This document shows, in pieces, positions 8,573-17,620 of a stretch of DNA of 32,000 nt. Within the stretch, counting starts at the first letter, position 1, and each line of letters starts with the position of its first letter. Made by a program: the position numbers and the translations under genes. Below the pieces are notes generated by a model. The model was not told the DNA's origin, did not search any database, and saw nothing but the letters and a program-made list of their open reading frames with translations. The stretch covers positions 990,001 through 1,022,000 of the forward strand of contig NC_007493.2 in assembly GCF_000012905.2 (NCBI RefSeq). The letters are read 5' to 3'. This DNA is from Cereibacter sphaeroides 2.4.1 (GTDB taxonomy: Bacteria; Pseudomonadota; Alphaproteobacteria; Rhodobacterales; Rhodobacteraceae).

Positions 8573-9991
8573 ATGCGCAACATCGACCGTTTCTTCATTG
8601 GCGGCGCCTGGACGGCCCCCCTCGGCACCGACCGGCACCGGCTGGTGAACCCGGCGACGGAGGAGGAGATCGCCGCGATCCCGATGGCCTCGACCGAGGA
8701 TGTCGACCGCGCCGTCACCGCGGCGCGCGCCGCCTTCGAGGGCTGGCAGGCCAGCTCGAAGGAGGAGCGTCTCCTCCTCCTCCGCCGTCTCCTCGATCTC
8801 TACAACGAGGCCTACGACGAGCTGGCCGAGCTCATGACCCGCGAGATGGGCACCGTCGCCCGCTTCAGTCGCGAGGCGCAGGCCTGGGTCGGGCGCGCCC
8901 ATTTGGAGGCCGCCATCGAGGCTCTCGAGGCCGAGAGCTTCGAGGAGATGCGCGGCTCGACCCTGATCTCGAAGGAGCCCATCGGCGTCTGCGCCCTCAT
9001 CACGCCGTGGAACTGGCCGATGAACCAGCTGGTCGTGAAGGTGGCCCCCGCCCTCGCCGCGGGCTGCACGGTGGTGGCGAAACCCTCGGAATTCTCGCCG
9101 CTCTCCTCGATCCGCTTCGCCGAACTGGTCGAGGCCGCGGGCTTTCCGCCGGGCGTCTACAACCACATCACCGGCGCAGGCCCCGTCGCGGGCGAGGCGC
9201 TGGCGCGGCACCCGGACGTGGACATGATCTCGATCACCGGCTCGACCCGCGCAGGGATCGCGGTGGCGCGCGCGGCCGCCGACACGGTCAAGCGCGTGAC
9301 GCAGGAGCTCGGCGGCAAGTCGGCCAACATCATCCTGCCCGATGCGGATCTGGCCACCGCCGTCCGGCAGGGGGTGCTCGACTGTTTCGGCAATGCGGGA
9401 CAGGCCTGCAAGGCGCCCGCGCGGATGCTGGTGCCGGCCGAGCGGATGGAGGAGGCCGCGGCCCTCGCAGGCGCGGCGGCCGAGGCGCTGACGGTGGGGG
9501 CGCCCGAGGGCGAGGTCGATCTCGGCCCCGTCGTGAACGAAAGCCAGTGGCGCCGCATCCAGTCGCTGATCGAGGCGGGCATCGCCGAGGGCGCGCGCCT
9601 CGTTACCGGGGGACCGGGCCGGCCCGACCATCTGCCGCGTGGCTGGTATGTGCGCCCGACCGTCTTTGCCGACGTGGCCCATGGCTCGACCATCGCCACC
9701 GAGGAGATCTTCGGCCCCGTCGTGGCCCTCATTCCCTACCGGGACGAGGAAGAGGCGGTCCGCATCGCCAATGACTCGATCTACGGGCTTGCGGGCTATA
9801 TCCAGACCGGCGACCCCGAGACGGCGCGGCGCATCGCGCGGAAGCTGCGCGTGGGCATGGTCTATATCAACGGCGCGGGCTGGGACGCGCGCGCGCCCTT
9901 CGGTGGCTACAAGCAATCGGGCAACGGGCGCGAACACGGCGCCTGGGGCCTCGCCGACTACCTCGAGACGAAAGCCACGGCCGGATTGTGA
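8573..9991 (+). CDS. NAD(P)-dependent aldehyde dehydrogenase
   Basis: Start set at ATG 8573 (MRNIDRFFIGGAW) with AGGAGG at 8561-8566. The product has ELGGKSA and FGNAGQACKA (catalytic Cys) motifs. 472 aa. Confidence 0.9.
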   Translation: MRNIDRFFIGGAWTAPLGTDRHRLVNPATEEEIAAIPMASTEDVDRAVTAARAAFEGWQASSKEERLLLLRRLLDLYNEAYDELAELMTREMGTVARFSREAQAWVGRAHLEAAIEALEAESFEEMRGSTLISKEPIGVCALITPWNWPMNQLVVKVAPALAAGCTVVAKPSEFSPLSSIRFAELVEAAGFPPGVYNHITGAGPVAGEALARHPDVDMISITGSTRAGIAVARAAADTVKRVTQELGGKSANIILPDADLATAVRQGVLDCFGNAGQACKAPARMLVPAERMEEAAALAGAAAEALTVGAPEGEVDLGPVVNESQWRRIQSLIEAGIAEGARLVTGGPGRPDHLPRGWYVRPTVFADVAHGSTIATEEIFGPVVALIPYRDEEEAVRIANDSIYGLAGYIQTGDPETARRIARKLRVGMVYINGAGWDARAPFGGYKQSGNGREHGAWGLADYLETKATAGL

Positions 9992-11157
9992 CCAGCGCCT
10001 ACCGCAATGCCCTTCTCCTGAGCCTCGGGCCCGCCGCCGGGATCGGGCTCGGCCGCTTCGCCTATGCGCTGCTTCTGCCGGCGATGCAGGCCGACCTCGG
10101 CTGGAGCTATGCCGCGGCGGGCTGGATCAACGCGGCCAATGCCGCGGGCTATCTCGGGGGCGCCATGCTCGCGCCGGCGCTGGCGCAGCGGGTGGGCGCG
10201 GCGCGCGCCTTCGCCGCCGGGCTGGCGATGCTGCTGCCGGCGCTGGCCGCGGTGGCCCTGACGCGGGACGTGGCGGCACTGGCCGCGCTCCGCCTGCTCG
10301 CGGGCGCTTCCGGCGGGGTCGTCTTCGTCTGCGGCGGCCTCCTTGCCGTGGGCCTCAGCCTGCGGGCGGGCTCGGGCGGGCTCGTGCTCGGCACCTTCTA
10401 CGCAGGCACCGGGCTCGGGATGATCCTGTCGGCGCTGGCGGTGGCGCCCCTCCTCGGGATCGCGGGCGCCACCCACTGGCCGCAGGGCTGGCTGATCCTC
10501 GCGGGCCTCTCCGCCCTCTGCGCCGCGCTGGCGCTCCTGCCGCTCAGGGACGGGCTCGGCGCCTCCGTGCGGCAGGCCGGCAGCCGCGGCCCCACGCCTC
10601 TCCGCTTCTGGAGGATCCTCGCCGGCTATCTCCTCTTCGGCCTGGGCTCCATCGGCTACATGACCTTCATCTACGGCCACCTCGCCGAGAGCGCGGGCGG
10701 CTGGCGGCAGGCGATGCTCTTCTGGTGCGCTCTGGGTCTCGCGGCGGTGGCCGCGCCCTCGATCTGGCGGCGGCTGATCGGCGGCGCGAGCCCCGAGCGC
10801 AGCTTCGCGCTCCTCGTGGCCACCAATGCGCTAGGCTCGGTGCTGCCGTTCCTGATGCCGGGCGCGCTCGGCCTCTGGCTCTCGGCCTTCCTGTTCGGCA
10901 GCACCTTCTTCAGCACGGTGGCGGCCACCAGCGCCTTCGCCAGCGCCCTGCCGCAGGCCTTCGATCGGGGCCGCGCGATCCGCGCCTTCACCATCGCCTT
11001 CGCGCTGGGGCAGTTCGGAGGCCCGGTCGTCCTCGGCTGGACGGCCGATCTCACCGGGCGTCTCGATGCGCCGCTGATGTTTGCGAGCCTCGTCGTGCTC
11101 GCAGGCGCGCTGCTGGGTGTTCTCGAGCGTCGGCCGGACGCCATCGACGGGGCATGA
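9988..11157 (+). CDS. MFS transporter, YbfB/YjiJ-like
   Basis: GTG 9988 overlaps the ALDH stop (GTGA). 389-aa polytopic protein whose N-terminus (GLGRFAYALLLPAMQADLGWSYAAAGWINAANAAGYL) resembles the YbfB/YjiJ MFS subfamily. Confidence 0.8.
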   Translation: MTSAYRNALLLSLGPAAGIGLGRFAYALLLPAMQADLGWSYAAAGWINAANAAGYLGGAMLAPALAQRVGAARAFAAGLAMLLPALAAVALTRDVAALAALRLLAGASGGVVFVCGGLLAVGLSLRAGSGGLVLGTFYAGTGLGMILSALAVAPLLGIAGATHWPQGWLILAGLSALCAALALLPLRDGLGASVRQAGSRGPTPLRFWRILAGYLLFGLGSIGYMTFIYGHLAESAGGWRQAMLFWCALGLAAVAAPSIWRRLIGGASPERSFALLVATNALGSVLPFLMPGALGLWLSAFLFGSTFFSTVAATSAFASALPQAFDRGRAIRAFTIAFALGQFGGPVVLGWTADLTGRLDAPLMFASLVVLAGALLGVLERRPDAIDGA

Positions 11158-11389
11158 CCCGCGCCGCCTGCACGGGTGAAGGCGCGTGACCGGGGCGGCC
11201 ACCCCTGCTTGCCCTGCAGGCGAAGCGGCGCAAAATCAGGCAGCAGGCTACGGGCTGCCGCACGCAGGGCTTCTTGCCGCCGATCCGGTTGCTGCCCTGC
11301 GGCGAGATCGCGCCGGGACACACCGCCATCATTTGACTCGGGCCCTCTCCGGAGGCAGGTTCCACATTCCACCGATAGAGGGATCACGG

Positions 11390-11914
11390 ATGACTCGGCT
11401 GCTTCATTTCGGCACGATTGCGGGGCTCGCATCGCTGTTCGGCGTGCTGGTGCCTCCGCACGCGCTGGATGAGCTCATGCTGCCACTGATCGCCGTGCTG
11501 CCCGTCGTGGCCTCGGTGCTGGTGCTGCGGGCGGGCACGCCGATGCCCAGCGCGGGATGGGAGCGGATCGACCCGGTGCGCCGTCACCGCTTCACCCGGC
11601 GGCTCGTGGAACGGACGCTCGCCTATCGCCGGGCGGTCTTCATCCTCTCGGGCAGCTTCCTCGCGCTCGCGGCCATGTTCGCCGTGGGCAAGGGCGGCGT
11701 GCTCGACGGCCTGCTGTCGCAGCGGCAGGAGCAGCTGGTCGCGGCGGTGGTGGGCGGTCTCATCGGGCTCTGCGGTAGCTGCCTGCCCGAGATCCTGCGG
11801 CGCGAATGCGCGGTGGCCGACATCCAGAAGCGGCTCCTCGACGAGCTGCCGGTCTTCCGCGCGAACCGGCCCGGCGCTCAGGTGATCCGGCTGGTGCCTC
11901 GCGCGGGCGCCTGA
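11390..11914 (+). CDS. Hypothetical membrane protein (about 4 predicted hydrophobic segments)
   Basis: Start set at in-frame ATG 11390 (MTRLLHFGTIAGLASLF...). The upstream part of the 242-aa ORF is Ala/Arg/Pro-rich and looks non-coding. I recognise no family. Confidence 0.5.
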   Translation: MTRLLHFGTIAGLASLFGVLVPPHALDELMLPLIAVLPVVASVLVLRAGTPMPSAGWERIDPVRRHRFTRRLVERTLAYRRAVFILSGSFLALAAMFAVGKGGVLDGLLSQRQEQLVAAVVGGLIGLCGSCLPEILRRECAVADIQKRLLDELPVFRANRPGAQVIRLVPRAGA

Positions 11915-12000
11915 CCCGCGGTCCTGCCTCTTTCCCGCCCCCCGCTTGTTCCGAGCGCCCCGGGGGCGCATATGTGAAAGAGACCCCGAGCAGGACCCTT

Positions 12001-13446
12001 ATGACCTTCCGCTTCGACAACAGCTATGCCCGCGACCTCGAGGGCTTCTATGTGGACTGGCCCGCCGCGCCGGTCCCCGCGCCGCGGCTTCTGCGGCTGA
12101 ACCGCCCGCTGGCCGAAGAGCTGGGGCTCGATCCCGACCTTCTCGAGCGCGAGGGGGCGGAGATCTTCTCGGGGAGGCGCCTGCCCGAGGGGGCGCACCC
12201 GCTGGCGCAGGCCTATGCGGGCCATCAGTTCGGCGGCTTCTCGCCCCAGCTCGGCGACGGGCGGGCGCTGCTCATCGGCGAAATCACCGACCGCGCGGGC
12301 CGGAGGCGCGACCTTCAGCTCAAGGGCTCGGGGCGCACGCCCTTTTCGCGCGGCGCGGACGGCAAGGCGGCCCTCGGGCCGGTGCTGCGCGAATATCTGG
12401 TGGGCGAGGCGATGCACGGGCTCGGCATCCCCACCACCCGCGCGCTGGCGGCCGTCGCCACCGGCGAGCCGCTCCTGCGGCAGGAGGGCGAGCGTCCGGG
12501 CGCGATCCTGACGCGCGTCGCGGCGAGCCACATCCGCGTGGGCACCTTCCAGTTTTTCGCCGCCCGCAGCGACATCGACCGGGTGCGACGGCTGGCCGAC
12601 TACGCCATCGCGCGGCATTACCCCGAACTCGCCTCCGCGCCCGAGCCCTATCTCGCCTTCTATGAAGCGGTGGCCGAGGCGCAGGCGCAGCTCGTGGCGC
12701 GCTGGATGCTGGTGGGATTCATCCATGGCGTGATGAACACCGACAACATGACGATCTCGGGCGAGACCATCGACTACGGTCCCTGCGCCTTCATGGAGGG
12801 CTACGATCCCGGCACGGTCTTCTCCTCCATCGACCTGCAGGGGCGCTATGCCTATGGCAACCAGCCCTACATCCTCGCCTGGAACCTTGCGCGGCTGGGC
12901 GAGGCGCTTCTGCCGCTTCTCGATGGCGATCCGGTGCGGGCGGCGGACAAGGCCACTTCCGTGCTGGAAACGGTGGGCGCGCGCTATCAGGGCCACTGGC
13001 TTGCGGGCATGCGCGCCAAGCTCGGGCTGGCCGGGGCCGAAGAGGGCGATGCGCGGCTTGCCGAGGATCTGCTGGAGGCCATGCGTAGCCAGCGCGCCGA
13101 CTGGACGCTGACCTTCCGCCGTCTCGCGGAGGCGGTGACCGACGAAGGCGCGCTCCGCCCCCTGTTCCGGGATCCGGCCGCGCTCGCGGGCTGGCTGCCG
13201 CGCTGGCGGGCCCGGCTGGCGCCCGACGCGGCCGAGCGGATGCGGGCGACAAACCCGATTTACATCGCGCGGAACCACCGGGTCGAGGAGGCGCTGGCCG
13301 CGGCCCATGCCGGCGATCTCGCGCCCTTCGACCGGCTGCTCGAGGCGCTGGCCGACCCCTTCACCGAACGGGCCGACCGCGAGCTGTTCGCCCTACCGGC
13401 CCCGGAGGGGTTCGACGACAGCTACCGCACCTTCTGCGGGACGTGA
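12001..13446 (+). CDS. selO: Protein adenylyltransferase SelO (YdiU family)
   Basis: ATG 12001 (MTFRFDNSYARDLEGFY...) is a typical SelO N-terminus. The 481-aa length and motifs such as QFGGFSPQLGDGRA, GRTPFSR and GVMNTDN fit the pseudokinase-fold AMPylase. Confidence 0.9.
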   Translation: MTFRFDNSYARDLEGFYVDWPAAPVPAPRLLRLNRPLAEELGLDPDLLEREGAEIFSGRRLPEGAHPLAQAYAGHQFGGFSPQLGDGRALLIGEITDRAGRRRDLQLKGSGRTPFSRGADGKAALGPVLREYLVGEAMHGLGIPTTRALAAVATGEPLLRQEGERPGAILTRVAASHIRVGTFQFFAARSDIDRVRRLADYAIARHYPELASAPEPYLAFYEAVAEAQAQLVARWMLVGFIHGVMNTDNMTISGETIDYGPCAFMEGYDPGTVFSSIDLQGRYAYGNQPYILAWNLARLGEALLPLLDGDPVRAADKATSVLETVGARYQGHWLAGMRAKLGLAGAEEGDARLAEDLLEAMRSQRADWTLTFRRLAEAVTDEGALRPLFRDPAALAGWLPRWRARLAPDAAERMRATNPIYIARNHRVEEALAAAHAGDLAPFDRLLEALADPFTERADRELFALPAPEGFDDSYRTFCGT

Positions 13447-13490
13447 GCCGCCGGGTGTCGTAGGATCGGCCGACAGGAAGGGAGAGGGCG

Positions 13491-14681
13491 ATGAGCGGAC
13501 GGGACGCCTTTCTCGCGGGGATGCGCGAGCTGCTGGAGGGGATCGAGGCCGAGGGTCTCACGAAGCGCGAACGGCCCATCCTCTCGGCGCAGGGGACGCA
13601 TGTGCGGGTGGGGGATCGCGACCTCCTGAACCTCTGCGCGAACAATTATCTGGGCCTTGCCAACCATCCGGCGCTGATCGAGGCCGCCCGCCGCGGGATG
13701 GACGAGCACGGCTACGGCATGGCCTCGGTGCGCTTCATCTGCGGCACGCAGGACATTCACCGTGCGCTCGAAGGCCGGATCGCCCGCTTCCTCGGGATGG
13801 AGGATGCGATCCTCTTTGCGGCCTGCTTCGATGCCAACGGCGGTCTCTTCGAGCCGCTGCTCGGCCCCGAGGATGCGGTGATCTCGGATGCGCTCAACCA
13901 TGCGAGCATCATCGACGGCATCCGCCTCTGCAAGGCGCGCCGCTACCGCTACGCCAATTCCGACATGGAGGATCTGCGCCGGCAGCTGGCAGAGGCCCGG
14001 GCCGAGGGCGCGCGCCATATCCTGATCGCGACCGACGGCGTCTTCTCGATGGATGGCTATCTCGCCCGGCTGCCCGAGATCGTGGCGCTGGCCGAGGAAT
14101 TCGGCGCGCTTGTCATGGTGGACGATTGCCACGCGACGGGCTTCATGGGGCCGAAGGGGCAGGGGACGCCCGCCCATCACGGCGTGACGGTGGACATTCT
14201 GACCGGCACGCTCGGCAAGGCTCTGGGCGGCGCACTCGGCGGCTATGTGGCGGGCCCGCAGCCGGTGATCGATCTCCTGCGGCAGAGGGCGCGGCCCTAT
14301 CTCTTCTCGAACGCGCTGCCGCCGGCGGTGGTGGCGGCCGGTCTCGCCGCGCTCGATCTGGTCGAGGCCGCCGACGATCTGCGCGCCGCGCTCTTCGAGA
14401 ACACCGCCTACTGGCGCGCGGGCCTGACCGAGGCGGGCTTCCGCCTGCTGCCCGGCGCGCATCCGATCGTGCCGGTGATGCTCGGCGAGGCGCGGCTCGC
14501 ACAGGAGATGGCGGCGGCGCTCTATGACCGCGGGGTCTATGTCTCGGGCTTCTTCTTCCCGGTGGTCCCGCGCGGGCAGGCGCGCATCCGCACCCAGATG
14601 AATGCGGCTCTGACGCGGGACGATCTCGATCTGGCCCTCGCGGCGTTCCGCGAGGCAGGCAGGGCGGTGGGGGCGATCTGA
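13491..14681 (+). CDS. kbl: Glycine C-acetyltransferase (2-amino-3-ketobutyrate CoA ligase)
   Basis: 396-aa alpha-oxoamine synthase pattern with the PLP-lysine region GTLGKALGG. Translationally coupled to tdh (TGATG overlap at 14679-14683). Confidence 0.9.
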   Translation: MSGRDAFLAGMRELLEGIEAEGLTKRERPILSAQGTHVRVGDRDLLNLCANNYLGLANHPALIEAARRGMDEHGYGMASVRFICGTQDIHRALEGRIARFLGMEDAILFAACFDANGGLFEPLLGPEDAVISDALNHASIIDGIRLCKARRYRYANSDMEDLRRQLAEARAEGARHILIATDGVFSMDGYLARLPEIVALAEEFGALVMVDDCHATGFMGPKGQGTPAHHGVTVDILTGTLGKALGGALGGYVAGPQPVIDLLRQRARPYLFSNALPPAVVAAGLAALDLVEAADDLRAALFENTAYWRAGLTEAGFRLLPGAHPIVPVMLGEARLAQEMAAALYDRGVYVSGFFFPVVPRGQARIRTQMNAALTRDDLDLALAAFREAGRAVGAI

Positions 14682-15706
14682 TGCGGGCACTGGTGAAGGC
14701 CAAGGCGGAACCGGGCCTCTGGATGGAAGAGCGGCCCGTGCCCGAGATCGGCCCCGACGAGGTGCTCATCCGGGTCCGCAAGACGGGGATCTGCGGCACC
14801 GATGTCCATATCTGGAACTGGGACGACTGGGCGGCGAAGACGGTGCCGGTGCCGCTCGTCACCGGGCACGAGTTTGCGGGCGAGATCGTCGAGGTGGGCC
14901 GCGACGTGCGCGACCTCAGCCCGGGCCAGCGCTGCTCGGGCGAGGGCCATCTGATCGGCCACCATTCGCGGCAGGTGCGGGCCGGGCGCTTCCACCTCGA
15001 TCCCGAGACGCGCGGCATCGGCGTCAATGTTCCGGGCGCCTTCGCCGACTATCTGCGGCTTCCCGCCTTCAACGTGGTGCCGCTGCCCGATGCCATCGAC
15101 GACGAGGTGGGGGCGATCCTCGATCCCCTGGGCAATGCCGTGCACACGGCGCTCAGCTTCGATCTGGTGGGAGAGGATGTGCTCGTGACCGGCGCAGGCC
15201 CCATCGGGATCATGGCCGCGGCTGTGGCGCGGCATGTGGGCGCGCGCCATGTCGTCATCACCGACGTCAATGCCGACCGGTTGCGGCTGTCAACCGAGGT
15301 GGCCGATGTGGTGCCGGTCAATGTGGCCACCGAGGATCTGCGCTCGGTGATGGGCCGACTGAAGATCGTGCAGGGCTTCGACGTAGGGATGGAGATGTCG
15401 GGCGCACCCGCGGGCTTCGACCAGATGGTCGAAGCGATGGTGATGGGCGGTCGCATCGCGATGCTGGGGATCCCGCCCGGCCGCAGCCCCGTGGACTGGA
15501 GCCGGATCGTCTTCAAGGCGCTGACCATCAAGGGCGTCTACGGCCGCGAGATCTTCGAGACATGGTACAAGATGATCGCGATGCTGGAGAACGGCCTCGA
15601 TATCCGGCGCGTCATCACCCACCGCTTTCCTGTGGCGGATTTCGCCGAGGGTTTTGCCGCCATGCGCAGCGGCGCGTCGGGCAAGGTGGTGCTGGACTGG
15701 GGCTGA
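14681..15706 (+). CDS. tdh: L-threonine 3-dehydrogenase
   Basis: 341-aa Zn-dependent alcohol-dehydrogenase fold with GICGTDVH and [12 protein letters not shown] motifs, in the classic kbl-tdh pairing. Confidence 0.9.
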   Translation: MRALVKAKAEPGLWMEERPVPEIGPDEVLIRVRKTGICGTDVHIWNWDDWAAKTVPVPLVTGHEFAGEIVEVGRDVRDLSPGQRCSGEGHLIGHHSRQVRAGRFHLDPETRGIGVNVPGAFADYLRLPAFNVVPLPDAIDDEVGAILDPLGNAVHTALSFDLVGEDVLVTGAGPIGIMAAAVARHVGARHVVITDVNADRLRLSTEVADVVPVNVATEDLRSVMGRLKIVQGFDVGMEMSGAPAGFDQMVEAMVMGGRIAMLGIPPGRSPVDWSRIVFKALTIKGVYGREIFETWYKMIAMLENGLDIRRVITHRFPVADFAEGFAAMRSGASGKVVLDWG

Positions 15707-15735
15707 TCGGAGCGGACGTCCGCCCCTGATGTCGA

Positions 15736-15758
15736 GCGGCGGCCCATCCGGCCGCCGC
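15736..15758. terminator. Hairpin between convergent tdh and the micro-ORF/P450 unit
   Basis: GCGGCGGCC-catcc-GGCCGCCGC forms a perfect 9-bp stem in the 80-nt convergent intergenic gap. There is no clear U-tract on either side. Confidence 0.3.
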
Positions 15759-15786
15759 AGTCATGTGTCGGTGGTCGCCTCGTCGC

Positions 15787-15873
15787 TCAGAAGATCAGCG
15801 CGAGAATGCCGATGATGACGAGCAGGCCGACGAGAAAGATGATGCCGACGGTGCCGCCGATGAACTTGAGCAT
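15787..15873 (-). CDS. 28-aa hydrophobic micro-protein (single predicted TM helix), not in the ORF track
   Basis: My translation of the minus strand gives MLKFIGGTVGIIFLVGLLVIIGILALIF*. A strong AAGGAGA Shine-Dalgarno lies 5 nt before the ATG, which starts 24 nt after the P450 stop. G/C-ending codons dominate, as in the neighbouring genes. Confidence 0.55.
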   Translation of the reverse strand: MLKFIGGTVGIIFLVGLLVIIGILALIF

Positions 15874-15897
15874 GGGAGTCTCCTTTCCGTTTGCGAC

Positions 15898-17220
15898 TCA
15901 ACCGTTGCGGGAAGCCTCTGTTCCCGCGCGTCGCGAGATCGCCGACAGGATCATGCCGCTGCGGGGCTGGGCCGGCATCCGGTTCAGCCGTACGCCCAGA
16001 TCCTGCGCGGGAACCTCGTAGTCCATCTCGCAGCAGAGGAGGCGGATGGCCTCCTTCATCAGCTCGACGGTGATCATCTCTCCCGGGCAGCGGTGGGTGC
16101 GGGCCACGTCCCCCGCGCCCTGGGGGATGAAGGCCTCGTCCTGTCCCGTCCAGCTCAGCATTCGCTCGGCGCGGAAGCGGGTGGGCTCGGGGAAGTGCCG
16201 CGGGTCGTGCGTCGTGCCGTAGAGATCGAGCAGAAGCCATTGACCTTCCGGGAAGTCGTAGCCCTCCCAAGTGATGGGCCGGGTGGTCACGGCGGCGGTG
16301 AAGGGAAAGAAGGGTGAGGCGCGGCGGACCTCCTCGGCGAAGTCGCCCGCCAGCTCCAGATTGCCCGACCGGAAGAGCTCGCGCCATGTCGTCTCGCGAT
16401 GCAGCGCCAGCGCCGCGAAGGTGATGTAGCGCCCCACGGCCACGATGGGACGGAGCAGGTTCAGAAGCTCCACCGCCGCGACGGACGGATCCAGCAGCGT
16501 GCCGTCCTCCTCGCGGTGGAAGGCAATCGCATGGAGGGCGGTCGCGGCCTCCGGAACCACTTCGCCGGCCCGAACCTCCTCCACGAGGGTGCGCAGGCGC
16601 TTCTCGGTGCCGGCGCGGCGCATCTGCGCCAGCCAGTTGCGCGGGCCGACGCTGCCCGCCTTGTCGATCATGTCGAAAATCTCGTCGGCGAGCTGCGCTT
16701 CGGGCTGGTGGGCGACCCCGGCCCAGCGGCAGCCCGCCCGGGTCAGAAGGCGCGCCGCCTCCTGCTGGAGGACGATCCTCCCCTCCGCTTCCCAGGCGGG
16801 CAGCCGTTCGCGCCATGCAAGGCGCATCTCGGACACCAGCGCCTCGACGCGGGCGGGATCCATGCAGATCGAGAGGAACAGCGCCTTCCGATGCCGATGG
16901 GCCGGACCCTCGAGCTGCTGCACCGAGCCCTTGTCCTGCAGGAGGTGCAGCACGGTCGAGGGCATCGCCCCCACGCGGGTAAGCCCCTCCGCGCCATAGA
17001 GCAGCCGCGCGGCCGCGCTGCCGCGCAGGCAGACGACCTCGCGCAGACGCAGGCGGGTCGCCACCGCGTCGCTGTCCATCCGGTCGCACAGGTTCGAGAC
17101 GAAGCGGTAGCCCTCGCTCATCAAGGCCATCGAGGCATCGATCCGCGGATCCCGCGGCATCTCCCGCAGGCTGGCGGGCGTGCCGGGCTCCTCTGGCCTG
17201 CGGCCCTCATCTGTTGTCAT
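15898..17220 (-). CDS. Cytochrome P450, CYP152-type fatty-acid peroxygenase
   Basis: 440 aa with the heme-thiolate loop FIPQGAGDVARTHRCPGE. The I-helix reads LLRPIVAV (an Arg-Pro pair in place of the usual acid-alcohol pair). As far as I recall the P450 BS-beta sequence, similarity runs over the whole length. GAGGA Shine-Dalgarno 7 nt before ATG 17220. Confidence 0.85.
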   Translation of the reverse strand: MTTDEGRRPEEPGTPASLREMPRDPRIDASMALMSEGYRFVSNLCDRMDSDAVATRLRLREVVCLRGSAAARLLYGAEGLTRVGAMPSTVLHLLQDKGSVQQLEGPAHRHRKALFLSICMDPARVEALVSEMRLAWRERLPAWEAEGRIVLQQEAARLLTRAGCRWAGVAHQPEAQLADEIFDMIDKAGSVGPRNWLAQMRRAGTEKRLRTLVEEVRAGEVVPEAATALHAIAFHREEDGTLLDPSVAAVELLNLLRPIVAVGRYITFAALALHRETTWRELFRSGNLELAGDFAEEVRRASPFFPFTAAVTTRPITWEGYDFPEGQWLLLDLYGTTHDPRHFPEPTRFRAERMLSWTGQDEAFIPQGAGDVARTHRCPGEMITVELMKEAIRLLCCEMDYEVPAQDLGVRLNRMPAQPRSGMILSAISRRAGTEASRNG

Positions 17221-17271
17221 GCGTGTATCCTCGCGTCTCCGGCGGCCCCGAGGGGCAGGGCCAGAATCTCA

Positions 17272-17301
17272 GAAGCTGGCCCCCGGACGGGGGCCAGCTT
17301 C
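17272..17301 (-). terminator. Strong hairpin after the katE/small-protein unit
   Basis: GAAGCTGGCCCCC-ggac-GGGGGCCAGCTTC forms a perfect 13-bp stem 30 nt downstream of the stop at 17331. On the minus strand the trailing sequence is TGAGATTCTGG, only a weak U-tract. Confidence 0.5.
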
Positions 17302-17330
17302 CAATGCTGCGCAGGTCGTCCGGGAGCCGC

Positions 17331-17585
17331 TCAATAGGTCGCGGGCGGATCGCTTGCCGGGAAGGACTCGTCCAGCGTCTCGTCCAGCCGGTCCCAATCG
17401 CGGGGCGGATCGCGCATCGCGTCGCGTCCCGCCTGCCGCACCTCGGGATAGTGGGTGCTGCGGCGGCCGCTCATCAGATGGCGCACCGCGAGCGCCCCGA
17501 AGGCGCCCAGCACCACCGCCGAGGTGAGCATCAGGGCCGAGCCGCGGCCCTGCCGCTCATGGGTCCCAGTTTTCGCATAAGCCAT
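17331..17585 (-). CDS. 84-aa small membrane-anchored protein with C-terminal ...DESFPASDPPATY motif
   Basis: Start set at ATG 17585 (MAYAKTGTHERQ...), 35 nt after the katE stop, with a purine-rich GAGAGAGGA upstream. It has one hydrophobic helix (ALMLTSAVVLGAFGALAV). The remainder of the 321-aa track ORF overlaps katE out of frame. Confidence 0.7.
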   Translation of the reverse strand: MAYAKTGTHERQGRGSALMLTSAVVLGAFGALAVRHLMSGRRSTHYPEVRQAGRDAMRDPPRDWDRLDETLDESFPASDPPATY

Positions 17586-17620
17586 TGTGGGTCCTCTCTC
17601 TTCATGCGCCCAAAGGGCTG

